This document shows, piece after piece, positions 29,501-32,000 of a stretch of 32,000 bases of DNA (the first letter of the stretch is position 1; each line of letters starts with the position of its first letter). Source of the DNA: Nanobdellota archaeon (GTDB lineage Archaea > Nanobdellota > Nanobdellia > Pacearchaeales > GW2011-AR1); the NCBI GenBank assembly GCA_030611805.1, contig JAUWPB010000009.1, forward strand, positions 1 to 32,000, read 5' to 3'. Made by a program: the position numbers and the translations under genes. The notes under the pieces were generated by a model. It did no database searches. It worked only from the letters and a program-made list of their open reading frames with translations, and was not told the DNA's origin.

Positions 29501-32000
29501 TGGCATCATTTACAATCTTCAAAGACACACTATCACTAAGACCTGAAATTTTAATTGGCTGTCCTGTTCCTGTATTTATCATAGTGCAGTCATCATCTGG
29601 ATTTCTATTTTGTTCAATTCCATTCTTTCCAACATTACAAACCCAAAAACTCTCTACTCTTCCTGACTCGCTATAAGATTTAATCCCCCCAAAAACAGGA
29701 AGTACTTGTGAAACTGAAGCATACCACCCATTTTTTAAATCAAAAGGCACAATCGCAGGAAGTCTTTTACCTGGCTCTGTCTCATAATATCTCAGACAAG
29801 GAGTTTTCTTCCCAAGAGAAGATATGTAAGGATTTTGATATGTTGAAGAATCTCGTTTTTCATAAATTAATCTCAAAGGATTTCTTTGATTATTCTTATC
29901 ATCTCCTGTATATTCTTCCAAAGTATTAATTCCCTCTTTGCTCGTAGCAGTAATCTCATAAGTTTTTTCTACAGAATTATCATCATCTAACATAAGAATA
30001 TATTCACTATTTGTTGTAGGGTCTTTATAATTCTGGACATGTTTATCATTATCTATAGTTGCTCCAGAGTATTTTTCATCCACAGAACCCCATTTTACAT
30101 CTTGGGTAAAAGGAATTTTCTTTTGTCTTTTATCAAACGACATTATATGTACTTCTGGAAAACCTGTTCGCTCAGCAAAATTAGTCATTTCTTTAGCATC
30201 TTTATTACTAACCCAGATACTTATAATATCTTTTTCAATTTTTTTATCCGCCATCTCTTTTAATGAACCAGTAAGCTGTGAATTCAAATTTAAACTTTTT
30301 AATTCACTTATTGAAACAATATCTTTTTTTAGATAATTATCAACAAAATTATTAACTTGAATTGTTGTTCCTTCATATTTAATTCCTTTAGGAAACTTTT
30401 GATTAAGATTAGTTTTTAATTTTTCAACAAAATCTTCATCATCAAGCAACTTTTCTTTAAGTTTTTCATTATTAATATTTCTTTCTCCCAACCAATTTTT
30501 TGTAGTTATTTCTGAGTCATCTTGTAAATCCTCAAAATAATCATTGTGTCCTTTTAATGCTTCATCATATTCATCAACAGCATCATTAATATACTTGCTC
30601 TTCTCAACAAAACATTCATTCAAAGTCTTATAACCCTCTTCCCCCCAATCTCCTTTTCCATTAATCGCATTTGCACACATTAAATTAATTTCCGTCATAA
30701 CTTCTTGTCTTGCAATTGCTTTTCCCCCGGTGTTTGCGAAAAAATTCTTCACAGTCAAAAAAGTCCCTGTCGCCAAACACGCTGTCTTAAGCCCTTGCAC
30801 AACCTTGCCAAGCTGTTCAGACTTTTTTTCCCAACCCTCAATTGTCTTGTTCAACTGCTCAATTTTTTCCCTTGTCTTCTCAGGAGAAAGTTTTATCGCC
30901 CTTTGCTCAATCCCAATCTTAAAACTAAAGTTCGCCTCTGTCCCTGCATTATTAATATTCGGAACAACAGAAACCTTTACTGATTTTTTCAGGTTTATTT
31001 TTGTTAAAGTGAAAATATAACCACTGCCTACACTCTCTGAAACACCTTCTTTTAAGATTTTTGTATCACTAGAAATTGTAGCTTTCTTAATTGTTTCCCA
31101 TACTCCTTCTGGAAGAAGATTAAGTTTTATTTTGGCTTCGCCATCATCTAAAGAAATAAGTTGAACAGTCTCTTTAGTGCTTTCATCTGCATCTCTAAAT
31201 TCATCTAAATAAATAATCTGGTTTTTTCCAAAAGAAAAAGATGTTGTTTTCCCATTAGGACCGCTTACTCTTATCTCAGCACTATATTCCTTCAAAGTTG
31301 GCTCATAAACTCCATCAAAAGAAATCCTTTTAACCACTCCACTAATTGAAACATCTCTGCTCGCAATTTCAGAACTTGAAAGCTTATATAAATCATCACA
31401 ATATTTTTTCAAATCCTGTTTAGAATCAGGGTATTGGTTTTTAAATTCCTTGCACAAATCAATAATTGTTTTTTTCTGCTCCGTATTCCATGCCAAAAGT
31501 ATCTTCCTATACAAGGCCTCTTCACCATAAGTTATTTTAGTATTTGAAATTTGTTCAAAAGGAAAACTTTTAATAATTAAATTATAATCTTGGTTTGCTG
31601 ATTCATAATACTCTTTCTTTTCCTCGCCAAAACCTTTATCAACTGCTCCTGCAAAACCAATTATCTCTATTTCTTTTCCTCCAATTCTTGTGGTTTTTTC
31701 TGAATAAGAAAGACGAGTAAGAGATGTTCCATCAGTTAACCATTTGTAAAAATTTGTCGCTACACCAACATAAACCTTGCCTAAATTAAACATAAAATCA
31801 GCAACTCCTACTCCTGTCACTTTTTGATATTCATAAGAATATACTAATCTATTAATAGAAGAAAGTTCATCTTCAGTTAATCCATCAATAGTTCTATGCT
31901 GAGGTATTGCAACAAAATAAAAATATAAATTTTTTAAATTTTCAGTATCTCCTTTTGTCCCAATATAACCAAGATAAACAGATTTTTCATTATCATCTGT
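26538..32000 (-). CDS. Giant (more than 1,820 aa, 5' end outside the window) Cys-rich protein with an embedded lytic transglycosylase (SLT/GH23) domain
   Basis: The 1,760-codon track ORF starts at a GTG. Hand translation shows the same frame stays open from 31821 to 32000 (...IDGLTEDELSSINRLVYSYEYQK-VTGVGV...). The SLT motif is listed as a separate feature. Confidence 0.85.
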   Translation of the reverse strand, partial: TDDNEKSVYLGYIGTKGDTENLKNLYFYFVAIPQHRTIDGLTEDELSSINRLVYSYEYQKVTGVGVADFMFNLGKVYVGVATNFYKWLTDGTSLTRLSYSEKTTRIGGKEIEIIGFAGAVDKGFGEEKKEYYESANQDYNLIIKSFPFEQISNTKITYGEEALYRKILLAWNTEQKKTIIDLCKEFKNQYPDSKQDLKKYCDDLYKLSSSEIASRDVSISGVVKRISFDGVYEPTLKEYSAEIRVSGPNGKTTSFSFGKNQIIYLDEFRDADESTKETVQLISLDDGEAKIKLNLLPEGVWETIKKATISSDTKILKEGVSESVGSGYIFTLTKINLKKSVKVSVVPNINNAGTEANFSFKIGIEQRAIKLSPEKTREKIEQLNKTIEGWEKKSEQLGKVVQGLKTACLATGTFLTVKNFFANTGGKAIARQEVMTEINLMCANAINGKGDWGEEGYKTLNECFVEKSKYINDAVDEYDEALKGHNDYFEDLQDDSEITTKNWLGERNINNEKLKEKLLDDEDFVEKLKTNLNQKFPKGIKYEGTTIQVNNFVDNYLKKDIVSISELKSLNLNSQLTGSLKEMADKKIEKDIISIWVSNKDAKEMTNFAERTGFPEVHIMSFDKRQKKIPFTQDVKWGSVDEKYSGATIDNDKHVQNYKDPTTNSEYILMLDDDNSVEKTYEITATSKEGINTLEEYTGDDKNNQRNPLRLIYEKRDSSTYQNPYISSLGKKTPCLRYYETEPGKRLPAIVPFDLKNGWYASVSQVLPVFGGIKSYSESGRVESFWVCNVGKNGIEQNRNPDDDCTMINTGTGQPIKISGLSDSVSLKIVNDAKDAIAEASRKQKSASSGKSIMINGQSVRVCEPAVDVPEMQCQSFMSPKDCQLLFNVCDPVVCPSSRCNFGGTYHVKDVIQSGIIGSIALCLPNWPEVKIPVCLTGIKAGIDGLISVYTSYRDCLQESLDTGKMVGICDEIYSIHLCEFFWRQSLPLAKIIIPKMMEIAMGQNVRGGGEYLGVATAWANAEKSIDYFAQYYAASSYQAFKARIVEGVGDAVCQSSISASYPDGGNLLDSLTEPDSPPQFHGRFDEIPFTTATSPPISHYKVFYHIYAGKESRAYYRVYLKSPPGTSFYQDTPIRNVASGYITTGGYATETKDFTAPSGYKELCIMVNNQEECGFKQVSTSYAVNYVRERYMEEQASERDIKLEKECIGGSVSAYSLLSPSLEGAADEMINPAIYNRGIIRICATESPGKGTDGAWDGEGARWIQVGNCGQENIKCWLDKKSVENVIKHTDIEERVLEEHAKSQLELLKEEGGYFGESVFNDLVEKIRELIEEGKSRGEREFFEEAVSKISEEVMKKAFLNKEKAELLLLRGNAYSGLVGELENGEDSRSVEEAKKEIAKMKDYKDMIEKIAKEQNVDENLVKAIIRVESNWNQDAISPDGSTGLMQLLERGTNGAKVVGAVDDIKDSSKPCYSLCNDYYQEKWKENTFEGAKTNVNLGTCYFKCLQEVYGITDNELAIAAYNAGPTKVKKKCAGKYFSDCKDDLPLETQNYVLKVFEYYVKYSTDFVVEMSSEPKSQISESDSESVSFYQMEGTNKLILHVDFICDSIKYNIIHRRNLFGLDNLFPDSKRAEGISNENIIEFNLEELVALEDSGLVFDFYAEVYCYDSNEELLWYDESEVISAELNIEENSPKEYVKANDPCIKNARWVDKSLQVIGKRDVSPGKVYVELDITSMENCEGYFLEIYNPSVFGSKVDKFIFQTSVKEINERFYLPYEVNLIRQSMANYDENHYRFKVYDPSEIEVIVGSEITVDTFYAF
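27400..27760 (-). other. SLT/GH23 lytic transglycosylase domain inside the giant ORF
   Basis: IIRVESNWNQDAISPDGSTGLMQL has the catalytic Glu in E-S and the GLMQ motif, with the Glu codon at 27711-27713. Downstream is AAYNAGPTKV (AYNAG motif, 27423-27440). Confidence 0.8.

Noticed and set aside
27029-31020. About a dozen 60-110-aa ORFs on both strands inside the giant gene (for example 28131..28391, 29338..29676, 30705..31020).
   Set aside because: All are nested in or antisense to the single 5.4-kb frame. Those in the GC-rich core are explained by the low stop-codon density there.
1-32000. CRISPR arrays, rRNA genes, IS elements, integrases or transposases, and recoded stop codons (an alternative genetic code).
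   Set aside because: I found no periodic repeat-spacer pattern and no rRNA-like GC-rich block. No ORF has integrase or transposase motifs. All long ORFs end at TAA/TAG/TGA without in-frame stops, which fits the standard code. The integrated-element idea for the giant gene therefore rests only on the tRNA-Leu 3' duplication and the SLT domain.

Overview
This is a strongly AT-rich, very gene-dense archaeal chromosome fragment. The gene set points to a DPANN-type genome (Woesearchaeota/Pacearchaeota-like), though that taxon call is inference. It includes TFB, an Sm-like protein, tRNA-splicing endonuclease EndA, ribosomal proteins S8e and S17e, archaeal NAC and Sec61-beta, archaeal/eukaryal-type LeuRS and GlyRS, and RNase Z. 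One tRNA carries an intron, TATA boxes sit about 25-27 nt upstream of tRNA 5' ends and of several ATGs (leaderless layout), and several stop/start codons overlap by 4 nt. I support about 35 CDS and 4 tRNAs: Met-CAT, Cys-GCA, Arg-TCT with a canonical 22-nt intron, and Leu-TAG. Most of the window is housekeeping. Six things stand out. (1) At 7.3-9.2 kb there is a candidate RiPP-like operon: a 76-aa peptide with a leader and two tandem 20-aa core repeats, a radical SAM enzyme with no SPASM cysteines, and a translationally coupled GNAT. Next to it, a ~287-bp promoter plus Lrp/AsnC 5' module is duplicated. (2) A 275-aa H-domain-only [FeFe]-hydrogenase-like protein keeps the H-cluster cysteine motifs but has an altered P1 motif. 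(3) A co-directional four-gene cluster encodes a CDA-fold deaminase, a PHP phosphoesterase, an APH-like kinase and a Pol-beta nucleotidyltransferase; its function is unknown. (4) A giant ORF of more than 1,820 aa runs off the window end. It has a GC-rich, Cys-rich core and an embedded GH23/SLT lytic transglycosylase domain, which is unexpected in an archaeon. (5) tRNA-Leu and tRNA-Met are flanked by degenerate partial copies of themselves or by GC-rich spacers. (6) tRNA-Cys sits only 14 nt from the next CDS. I saw no CRISPR array, rRNA, integrase or transposase.
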